Shown one piece after another: positions 19,248 to 29,447 of a stretch of 64,000 nt of DNA (positions are counted from its first letter, which is position 1; the number at the start of each line of letters is the position of its first letter). The stretch is taken from positions 45,793 through 109,792 of the forward strand of contig JAZOOD010000063.1 of the NCBI GenBank assembly GCA_045654805.1, given 5' to 3'. The translations under genes and the position numbers were made by a program. The notes under the pieces are model-generated. The model was not told the origin of the DNA. It worked only from the letters and a program-made list of their open reading frames with translations, and searched no databases. This DNA comes from Clostridia bacterium (GTDB lineage: Bacteria > Bacillota > Clostridia > Monoglobales > Firm-18).

Positions 19248-19786
19248 ATACTAATGATTTGGAAAAGGTGCTCTTTACCGAGGAAGAAATACAAAAGAGA
19301 GTATCGGAGCTTGCGATGGAAATTGATAACACATATGACGGCTCACCTATATTTCTTGTGTGTATCCTGAAGGGGAGTACACCCTTTACGGTAGATTTGA
19401 TGAAAAGATTAAAATCCGATGTGTATCTGGACTTCATGGCTGCTTCAAGCTATGGCTCGGGAACTACATCTATGGGGCAGCTTACTATGACAAAAGACCT
19501 TACTGTTGATATTACCGGAAAAGATGTTATTATCGTAGAAGATATTATTGATTCCGGATTTACCCTTTCTAAAATTAAGGAAATGTTGATGGGCAGAGGT
19601 GCAAAAAGTGTTCGCATTGCTACGCTTTTAAGCAAGCCTTCAAGACGAGTAGTTGAAGTTCCTGTAGATTTTCTTGGATTTGAAATTCCCGACGAATTTG
19701 TAGTAGGTTACGGGCTTGACTATGCTGAAAAATACAGAAATCTTCCTTTTGTAGGTGTGCTTGCAAGACATGTTTACGAAAAATAA
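19244..19786 (+). CDS. hpt: Hypoxanthine phosphoribosyltransferase
   Basis: It has the PRPP-binding motif VIIVEDIIDSGFTL and sits in the tilS-hpt-ftsH synteny. Confidence 0.9.
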   Translation: MNTNDLEKVLFTEEEIQKRVSELAMEIDNTYDGSPIFLVCILKGSTPFTVDLMKRLKSDVYLDFMAASSYGSGTTSMGQLTMTKDLTVDITGKDVIIVEDIIDSGFTLSKIKEMLMGRGAKSVRIATLLSKPSRRVVEVPVDFLGFEIPDEFVVGYGLDYAEKYRNLPFVGVLARHVYEK

Positions 19787-19845
19787 TTTTATCTTTTAAA
19801 ATACATATTTTGTGTTAATAATATAATAGAGTCAGAGGTGATGGA

Positions 19846-21720
19846 ATGAAAAAATATATGAAAAATTTTGGATTTTATATCCTTTTGTTTGCAATTATAA
19901 TGGTAATTTTTACAATGTATACGTCTTTGCCTACTGAAGATGTTAAAACATATAATGATTTATATGCGGAAATTGTTGCAGGTAATGTAAAAAGTCTTAC
20001 TATTGTAGAACAAAATGCAACAGCAATACTTCAGAACGAAACAAGTATGGAGGTAACAATACCGCCTGTTGACCAATTTTATTCCGATTTGGGGGATACG
20101 TTGCGTAAACAGATGGATGAAGGTAAATTGAAATTGGACTATCAGCCACCTGCTGAAACACCGTGGTGGTTAAGCATATTGCCTACACTTATTATGGTTG
20201 TGGTATTTGCATTCTTCTGGATGTTTTTCCTAAATCAGTCCGGTGGAGGCGGCAAGGCAATGTCCTTTGGTAAAACAAAGGCAAAACAGCTTAGCGACAG
20301 TGATAAAAAATACACTTTTGCCGATGTTGCCGGTGCGGAGGAAGAAAAGGCAGAGTTAGTGGAAATTGTAGAATTTTTGAAAGATCCTGCAAAATTCACA
20401 CAGCTTGGAGCAAGAATTCCACGAGGAGTATTACTTGTGGGACCTCCGGGAACAGGTAAAACTCTTCTCGCAAAGGCGGTTGCAGGTGAAGCAGGGGTAC
20501 CATTCTTCAGTATTTCCGGTTCTGACTTTGTAGAAATGTTTGTTGGTGTGGGTGCGTCCCGTGTAAGAGATTTGTTTGAACAGGCTAAAAAACATACGGC
20601 ATCCATTGTATTTATAGACGAAATCGACGCAGTTGGCCGTCACAGAGGTGCAGGTCTTGGTGGCGGACATGATGAACGTGAACAGACACTTAATCAGTTG
20701 CTTGTGGAAATGGACGGCTTTGGTGATAATCAGGGTACAATCATTATTGCGGCAACTAACAGACCTGATATTTTAGACCCTGCGTTGTTAAGACCGGGAC
20801 GTTTTGACAGACAGGTTGTAGTTGGCTCCCCCGATGTAAAGGGCAGAGAGGATATTTTAAAGGTTCATACACGCAAAAAACCAATTGACAGCGATGTTAA
20901 ACTTGATGTTTTGGCAAAATCTACCGCCGGCTTCTCAGGTGCGGACCTTGAAAATCTTGCCAATGAAGCGGCGTTGCTTGCTGCAAAACGCAATAAAAAA
21001 TCTATCGGTATGAATGAATTTGAAGAATCTATAATTAAGGTTGTTATGGGACCTGAAAAGAAAACCAGAGTTATTACAGAGCATGAACGTAAGCTTACTG
21101 CATATCATGAGGCAGGGCATGCTATTACCACAAGGCTTTTACCGTCACAGGACCGTGTTCATCAGGTTTCCATTATTCCTCGCGGAATGGCAGGCGGTTA
21201 TACCTTGCACTTGCCTGAAAAGGATAAGTCTTATGCTTCTAAAAATGAAATGATTGATAAAATCGTAGTATTGCTTGGTGGCCGTGCTGCAGAAGCTCTT
21301 ACAATGGATGATATTTCAACAGGGGCATCTAACGATATCGAGCGTGCAACAAGCATTGCAAAAAATATGGTTGTTAAATATGGTATGAGTGAAAAGCTTG
21401 GTCCTATGGCATTCGGTTCATCAAATTCCGAGGTGTTTATCGGTAGAGATTATGGCAGAACTCAGGATTACAGTGAAAATGTTGCTGCACAGATAGACGA
21501 AGAAATAAAGAAGATTATAGACAGTGCATACGAACGTTGCACACAGCTTTTGGAAGATAATATGGATAAGCTGAAAGCCGTTGCAGAAGACTTGCTTGAA
21601 AAAGAAACAATTGATGCACAAAGGTTTGAAGAGCTTTTTACAGGTAGTGTAAAAGAAAATGAGGTTGAAACCGAAACAGCAAATACAGAAGTTGTAGAGG
21701 AAGAAAAAACCAAAGAATAG
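19846..21720 (+). CDS. ftsH: ATP-dependent zinc metalloprotease FtsH
   Basis: It has Walker A GPPGTGKT, an SRH region, the zinc site HEAGHA, and two N-terminal TM segments. Confidence 0.95.
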   Translation: MKKYMKNFGFYILLFAIIMVIFTMYTSLPTEDVKTYNDLYAEIVAGNVKSLTIVEQNATAILQNETSMEVTIPPVDQFYSDLGDTLRKQMDEGKLKLDYQPPAETPWWLSILPTLIMVVVFAFFWMFFLNQSGGGGKAMSFGKTKAKQLSDSDKKYTFADVAGAEEEKAELVEIVEFLKDPAKFTQLGARIPRGVLLVGPPGTGKTLLAKAVAGEAGVPFFSISGSDFVEMFVGVGASRVRDLFEQAKKHTASIVFIDEIDAVGRHRGAGLGGGHDEREQTLNQLLVEMDGFGDNQGTIIIAATNRPDILDPALLRPGRFDRQVVVGSPDVKGREDILKVHTRKKPIDSDVKLDVLAKSTAGFSGADLENLANEAALLAAKRNKKSIGMNEFEESIIKVVMGPEKKTRVITEHERKLTAYHEAGHAITTRLLPSQDRVHQVSIIPRGMAGGYTLHLPEKDKSYASKNEMIDKIVVLLGGRAAEALTMDDISTGASNDIERATSIAKNMVVKYGMSEKLGPMAFGSSNSEVFIGRDYGRTQDYSENVAAQIDEEIKKIIDSAYERCTQLLEDNMDKLKAVAEDLLEKETIDAQRFEELFTGSVKENEVETETANTEVVEEEKTKE

Positions 21721-21805
21721 TCATAATAAAATGTTGATATTGCGGTTAAAATAAAATCGCAATATCAAATATTTTGCAAAAAAGAGAAAAATTTTTAAAA
21801 AAGTG

Positions 21806-21834
21806 TTGACAAAAGCAAATTTTTATTATATAAT
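21806..21834 (+). promoter_or_regulatory. Consensus sigma-A promoter of the tRNA cluster
   Basis: Perfect TTGACA, 17 nt, TATAAT, located 30 nt before tRNA-Met. Confidence 0.65.
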
Positions 21835-21864
21835 AAATCTCGTCGCTGAATGCGACATGCATAT

Positions 21865-21941
21865 GGCGGCATAGCTCAGCTGGCTAGAGCAAACGGTTCA
21901 TACCCGTTAGGTCAGTGGTTCAAATCCACTTGCCGCTACCA
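21865..21941 (+). tRNA. tRNA-Met (CAT), elongator type
   Basis: It folds as a 77-nt cloverleaf with anticodon loop TTCATAC. The anticodon stem lacks the GGG/CCC of initiators. It resembles the Bacillus elongator Met. Confidence 0.9.
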
Positions 21942-21946
21942 GTTGC

Positions 21947-22021
21947 GGCCCGTTGGTCAAGCGGTTAAGACACCGCCCTTTCACGGCGGAAACACGAGTT
22001 CGATTCTCGTACGGGTCACCA
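21947..22021 (+). tRNA. tRNA-Glu (TTC)
   Basis: GGCCCGTTGGTCAAGCGGTTAAGACACCGCCCTTTCACGGCGG...; 75 nt with CCA encoded. Confidence 0.93.
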
Positions 22022-22025
22022 TTTT

Positions 22026-22101
22026 GGGAGCATAGCTCAGCTGGGAGAGCATCTGCCTTACAAGCAGAGGGTCATAGGTTCGATCCCTATTGTTCCCACC
22101 A
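22026..22101 (+). tRNA. tRNA-Val (TAC)
   Basis: GGGAGCATAGCTCAGCTGGGAGAGCATCTGCCTTACAAGCAGAGG...; 76 nt with CCA encoded. Confidence 0.93.
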
Positions 22102-22103
22102 AA

Positions 22104-22135
22104 AACCTCGTTCTTTGGAACGAGGTTTTTTCTTT
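22104..22135 (+). terminator. Intrinsic terminator of the tRNA cluster
   Basis: AACCTCGTTC-TTTG-GAACGAGGTT followed by a T-run. Confidence 0.75.
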
Positions 22136-22238
22136 TGCTTTTTATGTAAAATTTGTTTTTTTTATTGTTTATATTCTATTGCTTTTAAATTTTCATAGTG
22201 CTATAATGTAGTGAATAGACATACTAGGAGGTTTTATT

Positions 22239-23600
22239 ATGCCAAGCAGACGGTATGAAATTGATATGAATAAAGGGTCAATTTTGAGAAACATTTTACT
22301 TTTTGCCCTACCGTTAATGTTGTCTAATATTCTACAGCTTTTATACAATGCGGCAGATACTGTTGTAGTTGGCAGATGGGCAGGTACTGAGGCCTTGTCT
22401 GCAGTAGGGGCAACCAGTACATTGTCCGGATTAATCACAAACGTGTTCATAGGCTTCTCTGTAGGTGCCAGTGTTGCGGTTTCCAAACGCTATGGTGCAG
22501 GTGATACTTATGGTTTAAGCAAGGTTGCACATACTACAATTGCTCTTAGTATTGTGGCGGGTATTGCGGCAATGTGTATAGGAATGTTTTTTTGCAGACC
22601 ATTACTTATCCTTATGGAAACTCCGTCGGATATTATTGATCTTGCGGTATTGTATATGAGAATTATATTTATAGGTGTTCCTGCGTCTTTGGTATATAAT
22701 TTTGGTGCAGCTATTTTAAGGGCAGTAGGTGATACCAGACGACCTCTTTACATATTGGCAGTAACAGGTATTGTGAATGTAGTTTTAAATCTTTTATTGG
22801 TAATAGGATTCCATATGAGCGTTGCGGGAGTTGCTATTGCTACTGTAGTGGCAAATTATTTATCCGCCGCTGCAATTATATATTCTCTTATGTATTCAGA
22901 TGCACCTTATAAAACAGATTTGAAAAAGCTGAAAATCCGAAGGGAAGAGACCAAGGATATAATGTCAGTAGGTTTGCCGGCAGGATTGCAAAGCTCTGTA
23001 TTTGGTTTGGGAAATACAGTTGTACAATCTGCAGTAAATTCATTTGGAACTGCTGCTATTGCAGGCAATACTGCATCAGGTAGTATTGAGGGGTTCGTAT
23101 ATGTTGCAATGAATGCATTTTATCAGGCGGCAATGACTTCAGTAGGACAAAACTACGGTGCAAAAAATGAAAGAAGAATATATCAATCAATAAAAACATC
23201 TATAATATGCACTAGTGTAGTGGGTATTCTGCTGGGATGGTTATCGGTATTTTTTGCTCCTCAACTTTTGAGCATATATATTATAGATTCTCCTGCTGCA
23301 ATGGAGGTTGGAGTTATACGTACATCTATAGTAGGGTTAATGTATTTTATGTGCGGTATTATGGACGTTATGTCAGGTGCTCTACGAGGTCTTGGACATT
23401 CTAAGACACCGGCAATATGTTCATTGATTGGAGCTTGCGGATTTAGACTTTTATGGGTGTTTGTAGTACTTCCGTTTAATCATCAGCCCTGGTTCTTATA
23501 TTTATGTTGGCCTATTTCGTGGGCTGTTGTAATTATAATGCACACTATTACGTTTTTCGCAGTAAGGAAGAAGTCTATGCAGAAGATGGTGGAGCAATAA
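22239..23600 (+). CDS. MATE-family efflux transporter
   Basis: It is 12-TM with N-terminus ILRNILLFALPLMLSNILQLLYNAADTVVVGR. RBS AGGAGG. Confidence 0.85.
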   Translation: MPSRRYEIDMNKGSILRNILLFALPLMLSNILQLLYNAADTVVVGRWAGTEALSAVGATSTLSGLITNVFIGFSVGASVAVSKRYGAGDTYGLSKVAHTTIALSIVAGIAAMCIGMFFCRPLLILMETPSDIIDLAVLYMRIIFIGVPASLVYNFGAAILRAVGDTRRPLYILAVTGIVNVVLNLLLVIGFHMSVAGVAIATVVANYLSAAAIIYSLMYSDAPYKTDLKKLKIRREETKDIMSVGLPAGLQSSVFGLGNTVVQSAVNSFGTAAIAGNTASGSIEGFVYVAMNAFYQAAMTSVGQNYGAKNERRIYQSIKTSIICTSVVGILLGWLSVFFAPQLLSIYIIDSPAAMEVGVIRTSIVGLMYFMCGIMDVMSGALRGLGHSKTPAICSLIGACGFRLLWVFVVLPFNHQPWFLYLCWPISWAVVIIMHTITFFAVRKKSMQKMVEQ

Positions 23601-23601
23601 T

Positions 23602-24567
23602 ATGAAAAAATATGTGATTTTAATTTTAGTTTTTTGCATTATTTTTACAGTAGCCTATGTAAGTGATTTACGTGATACATCAAAAACACAATTTGTACTT
23701 AACACAATTTCTTCCATTACCGTAAAGGGTAATAAAGACGAGGCGGTAAATAAAGCCTTTGACAGAGTACGTGAAATTGAGGAGCATATGTCGTCATACA
23801 GTAAAACTTCCGACCTTGCAACTGGTGTAATACACAAGGATACATTATTCGTAATAAAAAAAGGAATATATTACGGAGAAATTTCAAGGGGAGGCTTTGA
23901 TATTACAATAAAACCGATATGCGCATTGTGGGACATCACCGGAAATAATCCAAGGGTTCCGGATGAAATGGAAATACAGGAAGTATTAAAGCTTGTGAAC
24001 TATAAAAAAATTATAATTGACGGCGATAATCTTATGTTACCCAAGGGGATGGCAATAGAACTTGGGGGTATTGCAAAGGGGTATGCAGCAGATGAGGCTT
24101 GCCGTATATTGAGGGAAGCCGGTATTGGTGACGGATTTGTAGATTTGGGCGGTAATGTAGTTGCCATTGGAGAAAAGACTATAGGTATCCGTAATCCATT
24201 ATCCCAAAATGATGGAGATTATTTTGGAACTATTACGGTAAGTGATTGTGCCGTAGCCACTTCCGGAGGATATGAGAGATATTTTGAACAGGATGGTATA
24301 AAATATCATCACATATTCGACCCATTTACCGGACATCCTTCAAAAACGGATATTTTAAGTGCAACGGTTATATGTGACGATGCTATTGATGCGGATTGTT
24401 GGTCAACCATACTGTTCTCTGCAGGACTGGATAGAGCAGAGGAATATATAGAGGAATATAATCTTAAAGCAATAATTGTGGACAGCAATAAAATTGTACA
24501 TATATATGGGAATACGGATTTTACTATGAGGGATGACATTGACTTCACATTATTTGACAAAAAATAA
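23602..24567 (+). CDS. apbE: FAD:protein FMN transferase (ApbE family)
   Basis: It has ApbE motifs GGIAKGYAAD and ATSGGYERYF...YHHIFDPFTG, plus an N-terminal signal/anchor. Confidence 0.85.
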   Translation: MKKYVILILVFCIIFTVAYVSDLRDTSKTQFVLNTISSITVKGNKDEAVNKAFDRVREIEEHMSSYSKTSDLATGVIHKDTLFVIKKGIYYGEISRGGFDITIKPICALWDITGNNPRVPDEMEIQEVLKLVNYKKIIIDGDNLMLPKGMAIELGGIAKGYAADEACRILREAGIGDGFVDLGGNVVAIGEKTIGIRNPLSQNDGDYFGTITVSDCAVATSGGYERYFEQDGIKYHHIFDPFTGHPSKTDILSATVICDDAIDADCWSTILFSAGLDRAEEYIEEYNLKAIIVDSNKIVHIYGNTDFTMRDDIDFTLFDKK

Positions 24568-24686
24568 TTGATTTTATATAGATTTTATGTTATATTATTA
24601 TATAGTAAGAGAGTGTGAGATATTACCCACATATTTTTTACAAAAGATAGTTAAAATTTCAATTATATAAAAGGGAGGACATTCAA

Positions 24687-25928
24687 ATGTCAACATTGAA
24701 AGGTGCATGTATTATAGGTCAGTCAGGAGGACCCACATCGGTTATTAATGCAAGTGCTTACGGTGCTATTAAAGCGGCTTTGGACAGTGAAGAAATTACT
24801 GCAGTTTATGGTGCTTTAAACGGGATTAAAGGTGTGTTGGATGATAATTTGATTGATATGGGTAAGGAAGATCCTGAAGAATTGGCGTTGATGAAATATA
24901 CACCATCTTCAGCGTTGGGCTCATGCCGCTATAAGCTCAAAGATGCTGATGTAGATGATACAGATTATAAGAGAATTCTTGAAATTTTCAAAAAATACAA
25001 TGTTCGATACTTTTTTTACAACGGCGGTAATGATTCAATGGATACCTGTAACAAAATTTCTAAGTTTATGTTACAAAATGGCTATGAATGTCGTGTAATG
25101 GGTATTCCTAAAACAATTGATAATGACCTTGCAGGAACAGACCATTGCCCTGGTTTTGCATCAGCTGCTAAATATATTGCTACATCAGTAATGGAAATTT
25201 ACCACGATGCAAGAGTTTATGACACGGGTATGATTACTATTATTGAGGCTATGGGCAGAAACGCAGGATGGTTAACAGCTTCTGCTGCTTTGGCAGGGGC
25301 AAAGGGGAATGGCCCGGACCTGATATATCTTCCTGAGGTTGATTTTGATATAGATTCTTTTGTTGCTAAGGTTAAAAAGATTTATGATGAAAAGAAGAAA
25401 TGTATCGTAGTTGTTTCTGAAGGCATAAAGGATAAGAATGGTAAGTATATTTCAGAATACGGCTCATCCCTTGCTAAAGATGGTTTTGGACACGCCCAGT
25501 TGGGAGGGTTGGCTTCATATCTTGCAAATACTTTAAAGGGTGTTACAGACGCTAAGGTACGCGGTATTGAGCTTTCACTTCTTCAAAGATGTGCTGCACA
25601 CTGTGCTTCACAGACAGATATTGATGAATCTTTCGCTTCAGGTCAGGCTGCTGTAACTAATGCTATTGCAGGTATTACAGATAAAATGGTTGGCTTTGAA
25701 AGAGAAATGGTTGACGGTAAGTATAAATGTAACATCAAATTGTTTGACCTTAACATTGTTGCAAATACAGAAAAGAAAGTTCCTCTTGAATGGCTAAATG
25801 AAACAAAAGACGGCCTTACACAGGAGTTTATCGATTATGCTTTGCCACTAATTCAAGGTGAAACACAGATGGTTAAGGAAGACGGTTTGCCACGTTTTGT
25901 AAATCTTAAAAAAGTTAAGGCAAACTAA
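24687..25928 (+). CDS. 6-phosphofructokinase, long clade, probably PPi-dependent
   Basis: It has PFK motifs GGPTSVINAS, GGNDSMDT and MGIPKTIDNDL. Lys rather than Gly in PKTIDND is the residue classically linked to PPi use. Confidence 0.85.
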   Translation: MSTLKGACIIGQSGGPTSVINASAYGAIKAALDSEEITAVYGALNGIKGVLDDNLIDMGKEDPEELALMKYTPSSALGSCRYKLKDADVDDTDYKRILEIFKKYNVRYFFYNGGNDSMDTCNKISKFMLQNGYECRVMGIPKTIDNDLAGTDHCPGFASAAKYIATSVMEIYHDARVYDTGMITIIEAMGRNAGWLTASAALAGAKGNGPDLIYLPEVDFDIDSFVAKVKKIYDEKKKCIVVVSEGIKDKNGKYISEYGSSLAKDGFGHAQLGGLASYLANTLKGVTDAKVRGIELSLLQRCAAHCASQTDIDESFASGQAAVTNAIAGITDKMVGFEREMVDGKYKCNIKLFDLNIVANTEKKVPLEWLNETKDGLTQEFIDYALPLIQGETQMVKEDGLPRFVNLKKVKAN

Positions 25929-25932
25929 TATA

Positions 25933-25967
25933 AAAAAATGATGCAACGGAAGTTGCATCATTTTTTT
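25933..25967. terminator. Bidirectional terminator between pfk and the minus-strand operon
   Basis: AAAAAAATGATGCAAC-GGAA-GTTGCATCATTTTTTT. Confidence 0.75.
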
Positions 25968-25984
25968 ATGTGGATTATTTTGAT

Positions 25985-27082
25985 TCAAATAAAATAGAAT
26001 AACAGTAATATCACAAGGAATATTATGTTCCATAAAGTGAATTTGACAATGTATCTTCCCTTTGAATTCGGCATAGATTCAACAAAAAATTTATATGAAA
26101 TTAGACTCGCCATAGAAGCAATCAGTGTACCTAACCCACCAATATTTACACCCACTATAAGGTTGTTGTAATCGGTTGTAAATCCCGAAAGCAGTACTGC
26201 TGCCGGAACATTACTGATAACCTGGCTTGCCACTACAGATACAATCATTTCTTTTCCTTTTAAAAGGGCAAGTATGAGATTTTTAAATTCCTCAATATTA
26301 CCCATATTTCCAACAAATATAAAAAAGAATACAAATGTCAGCAAAAGACTGTAATCAACACGTAGAAGCATTTTGCGATTAAATATAATTATTGCAACTG
26401 TTGTTATGATAAGGCACATTTTATAATCAATAATATTTATTACCGTCAGTATACAAACAAAAAACATTACTGTATAAAATATAGCTGCTTTAATTGGGAA
26501 ATGCAATTTTTCCATTTTGTATTCAATATGTGAAGGGTTTACGGAAAAATTAAATATTATCAGCAAAACAAATGATATTACAGTATACGGCAAAACCACA
26601 ATAATAAAATCAGTCAAAGACATTCCTGAAAGGGAATAAAGATATAAATTTTGTGGATTACCCATAGGGGTGAGCATACTTCCTAAATTTGCCGCAATAG
26701 TTTGCAATATAACTATGGGTACCATAAATTCATTTTTGCCTGATTTTTTTACCACTTCAATAGCAAACGGAACAAATGTTATCAGTGCCACATCATTTGT
26801 TATAAGCATAGATGTAAAAAAGCAAAGCATTATCAGTATAAGTGATATAATTCTGAAGTTTTTTGATTTTTCAAGCAGAGAATTTGCCAATGCAGAAAAT
26901 ACTCCTATTTCCCTGAACCCTGCCATAACTGCCATAAGGCAGAATAATAATGCTAAAGTGCGAAAGTCTATGTATGACAAATAATCTGCTGACGGCATCA
27001 CAAAAAACATTGATATCACCGCAAGTATTGCAGATATGCAAAGCACAGTATCTCTTTTTATAAAGTTTATAATTTTCTTCAT
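25985..27082 (-). CDS. Anion/citrate-type permease (ArsB/NhaD or CitMHS-like superfamily)
   Basis: It is a polytopic membrane protein with a pattern like the family motif (MLTPMGNPQNLYL). Its ATG directly abuts the upstream TGA (TGAATG). Confidence 0.6.
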   Translation of the reverse strand: MKKIINFIKRDTVLCISAILAVISMFFVMPSADYLSYIDFRTLALLFCLMAVMAGFREIGVFSALANSLLEKSKNFRIISLILIMLCFFTSMLITNDVALITFVPFAIEVVKKSGKNEFMVPIVILQTIAANLGSMLTPMGNPQNLYLYSLSGMSLTDFIIVVLPYTVISFVLLIIFNFSVNPSHIEYKMEKLHFPIKAAIFYTVMFFVCILTVINIIDYKMCLIITTVAIIIFNRKMLLRVDYSLLLTFVFFFIFVGNMGNIEEFKNLILALLKGKEMIVSVVASQVISNVPAAVLLSGFTTDYNNLIVGVNIGGLGTLIASMASLISYKFFVESMPNSKGRYIVKFTLWNIIFLVILLLFYFI

Positions 27083-27760
27083 TCATTTATCCTCTTTTTT
27101 AGTCATATCAGCTTTTTTAAGGAAGTTCTTTCTAAAGCATAAAATACAAACCGCAGTCAAAGTGATTAAAACACATATTATTAAACTTGTTTTTAACACC
27201 GATAATTCACTATGAATACCAACAGTATTTGAATTATCAGTAAAATCAATAGATGCAATCTGTTCTTTGTGATTCTGGCGTTCCTTTTCTGCAAGTTCAA
27301 AAGCGCCTTCGTTAAGTAGTTTTTGCATACCGCCTGAAATGGTATCATTATGTCTTTCCTTTAAAATTATGCTGTCCTTGGTGTAGTCATCAAGTTCCCA
27401 ATCAAATAACCCTTCGTAATATTCAAGTTCCCATATATATAATTCATCTGACATATATCCAAAAAGATAGTTTGTATTCTTTTGGAGTTTTAACTTTCCT
27501 GTCCGGACCTTATCAAAGTTCATAGCTTTATCAGTTACTACATTTCCTTTGATTTTTTTACACGGGGTTATTTTTACCGAATATTCCGTGTTTGGGTAAT
27601 CTTCTTCCTCATCTGTAATTGTATAATCATCAACTGACCCAATAAATACCAAGGCATCATCATTGTTGATTAAATCTATGTCTATTGAGCCTGCAAATGC
27701 TGTCAATGAAATAATATGTATAATAAGTAATGAAAAAATTATATATATTATTTTTTTCAT
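27083..27760 (-). CDS. Secreted, C-terminally TM-anchored protein, unknown
   Basis: It has a signal peptide (..SLTAFAGS), an acidic ectodomain, and a C-terminal TM followed by a basic tail. RBS AGAGGAG. Confidence 0.4.
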   Translation of the reverse strand: MKKIIYIIFSLLIIHIISLTAFAGSIDIDLINNDDALVFIGSVDDYTITDEEEDYPNTEYSVKITPCKKIKGNVVTDKAMNFDKVRTGKLKLQKNTNYLFGYMSDELYIWELEYYEGLFDWELDDYTKDSIILKERHNDTISGGMQKLLNEGAFELAEKERQNHKEQIASIDFTDNSNTVGIHSELSVLKTSLIICVLITLTAVCILCFRKNFLKKADMTKKEDK

Positions 27761-27775
27761 TATGTATCACTCCTC

Positions 27776-29410
27776 TTAATGTTCTACCAAAACATTACAC
27801 AAATTTGATTCAACCTTAGTTCCGTCTTTGTATTCATACACAAACTGCAAATGACCTCTAGTATCCTTTTTTTCAAAAGTAAGTGCTATGGAGATAGGTA
27901 TTTGCGGAAACGGAGGTTTGGCAAAACCAACCTGTTTTTTATATTGTTCCATATTGGTTCCTGTGGGAGTAAAATATGCGGTTACAGAATCAGGGACTGA
28001 ACCGTCAAAGTTTATAAATGAGCCTACAACTGAAGGCAATTTATACCATCCGTCATCCTGCTTTTTTATTTCGCTATTTAAAGTATTGTCTTTTGGGTTT
28101 ATATTGTAAAATGTAATTTCATTTATTTCTGCAGGAATTATCATTTTGTAGCTCCGCACTATCCAAATACCTTTTTCACTTTTATCTATTGGCTTATATA
28201 ATTCTATTTCCATATTACCATCCGTATATGTTAATGTGGTAGCTGTAGTTTTGGGCATTCTTATATTACTAACTTCTTTTCCCTGGGTTGTCAAAAATGT
28301 CATTATAACCTGTTTGGGGTCTAATCTCCAGGGGAAATGCCCTTGGTTTACCTGATACTGCAATGCTTTAACTTGAGTATATGTCATATTTTCAGCATTT
28401 GGAATAACCATACCATCAGTCTTTTCCATTAATTTTTGAATTAGTATTTTAATCTCCTCAGCCTTTTTATCTTCATCAATAATCTTTTGGCTTATTATTA
28501 TAGTTTTGTCCCCCTCAAGATAATATAGGGATATGAGCTTTTTATACTCGTTGGTTTTAAAGTTCCTGATAGTTGTTTTGTTCAGATTAACTGCAAAGCC
28601 TATATGGTTTTTAATATCAACATCAAACAGATTGTTTATCTCTTTGCATTCGGGTGAATTCAAAAAATCTTCATCAACCAAAAATTCTGCTCCAATTCCG
28701 CTATTTGCTACAAATTCATAATCTTTCCCTATAAAATCATACTGTTGCTTTAAATAATCACTCATATCATAGGAAGAAGCTATTGAAGAAATATTTGAAT
28801 AATATTCTTTAAAGTTTTCTAATGATAAAGTTGAATTATTTATATATTCTTCGTTAAATTTTTCAAAACCATCTCTTGTGTAAAAATCTTTTCTCGAAGC
28901 ATAGGTACCGTAAAAGCTTGTGTCCCAATTATTTATATCCTCGGAATATTTATCAAATATTAAACAACTCACTGCTTCAGCTTCAGGCACAAGGGATAAA
29001 ATTACTGCAGATTGTTTTCTTAAAGAAATGTCATCAGCTATTCTATGCATCGCTCTGTCTTCAATCGTAAATTTGATTGCTATCCTCTTTTCATATTCGT
29101 TAGTGCGAATTTCCACTGAATGAAAATCATAAGGAGTAAAATTTGCTGTATGTACTATTTTCCCAATACTGTCTGTATCTTGTAATTCTGTGTTTTTTAG
29201 TGCGTACAAAGTTTCAATTTTATTAATATTCTCTGCATTGTTTACTGCAATATAAACGGAAATGCAGATTATCCCTAAAAGAATAATAGCGAATAAAGAT
29301 ATTGCTATAATTTTTGATGCTTTACTATTATTGGAACGGATTTTTGAAAATCTGGTTTGTAATTTCTTTTTATTTGCACTCATTTTGGTTGTAAACATTT
29401 TTTCTAACAT
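27776..29410 (-). CDS. Membrane-anchored ectodomain protein, paralog B (DUF4825-like N-terminal ectodomain plus shared unknown C-terminal module)
   Basis: RBS GCGGAGGTG favours the ATG at 29410 (MLEKMFTTKMSANKKKLQTRFSKIRS, then a TM). The C-terminal half aligns with the ORF at 30767-32398. Shared motifs are GHFPWRLD, KPIDKSEKGIWIVRS, VTAYFTPTGT and GHLQFVYEYKDGT. Confidence 0.5.
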   Translation of the reverse strand: MLEKMFTTKMSANKKKLQTRFSKIRSNNSKASKIIAISLFAIILLGIICISVYIAVNNAENINKIETLYALKNTELQDTDSIGKIVHTANFTPYDFHSVEIRTNEYEKRIAIKFTIEDRAMHRIADDISLRKQSAVILSLVPEAEAVSCLIFDKYSEDINNWDTSFYGTYASRKDFYTRDGFEKFNEEYINNSTLSLENFKEYYSNISSIASSYDMSDYLKQQYDFIGKDYEFVANSGIGAEFLVDEDFLNSPECKEINNLFDVDIKNHIGFAVNLNKTTIRNFKTNEYKKLISLYYLEGDKTIIISQKIIDEDKKAEEIKILIQKLMEKTDGMVIPNAENMTYTQVKALQYQVNQGHFPWRLDPKQVIMTFLTTQGKEVSNIRMPKTTATTLTYTDGNMEIELYKPIDKSEKGIWIVRSYKMIIPAEINEITFYNINPKDNTLNSEIKKQDDGWYKLPSVVGSFINFDGSVPDSVTAYFTPTGTNMEQYKKQVGFAKPPFPQIPISIALTFEKKDTRGHLQFVYEYKDGTKVESNLCNVLVEH

Positions 29411-29447
29411 ATAACACCTCCGCAATTTTTTGTATGGAGTTTTATTT

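Noticed and set aside
21850-22198. Two track ORFs (61 and 81 aa) overlapping the tRNA cluster.
   Set aside because: They are read straight through the tRNA-Met, tRNA-Glu and tRNA-Val genes and their terminator. tRNA cloverleaves explain the sequence.
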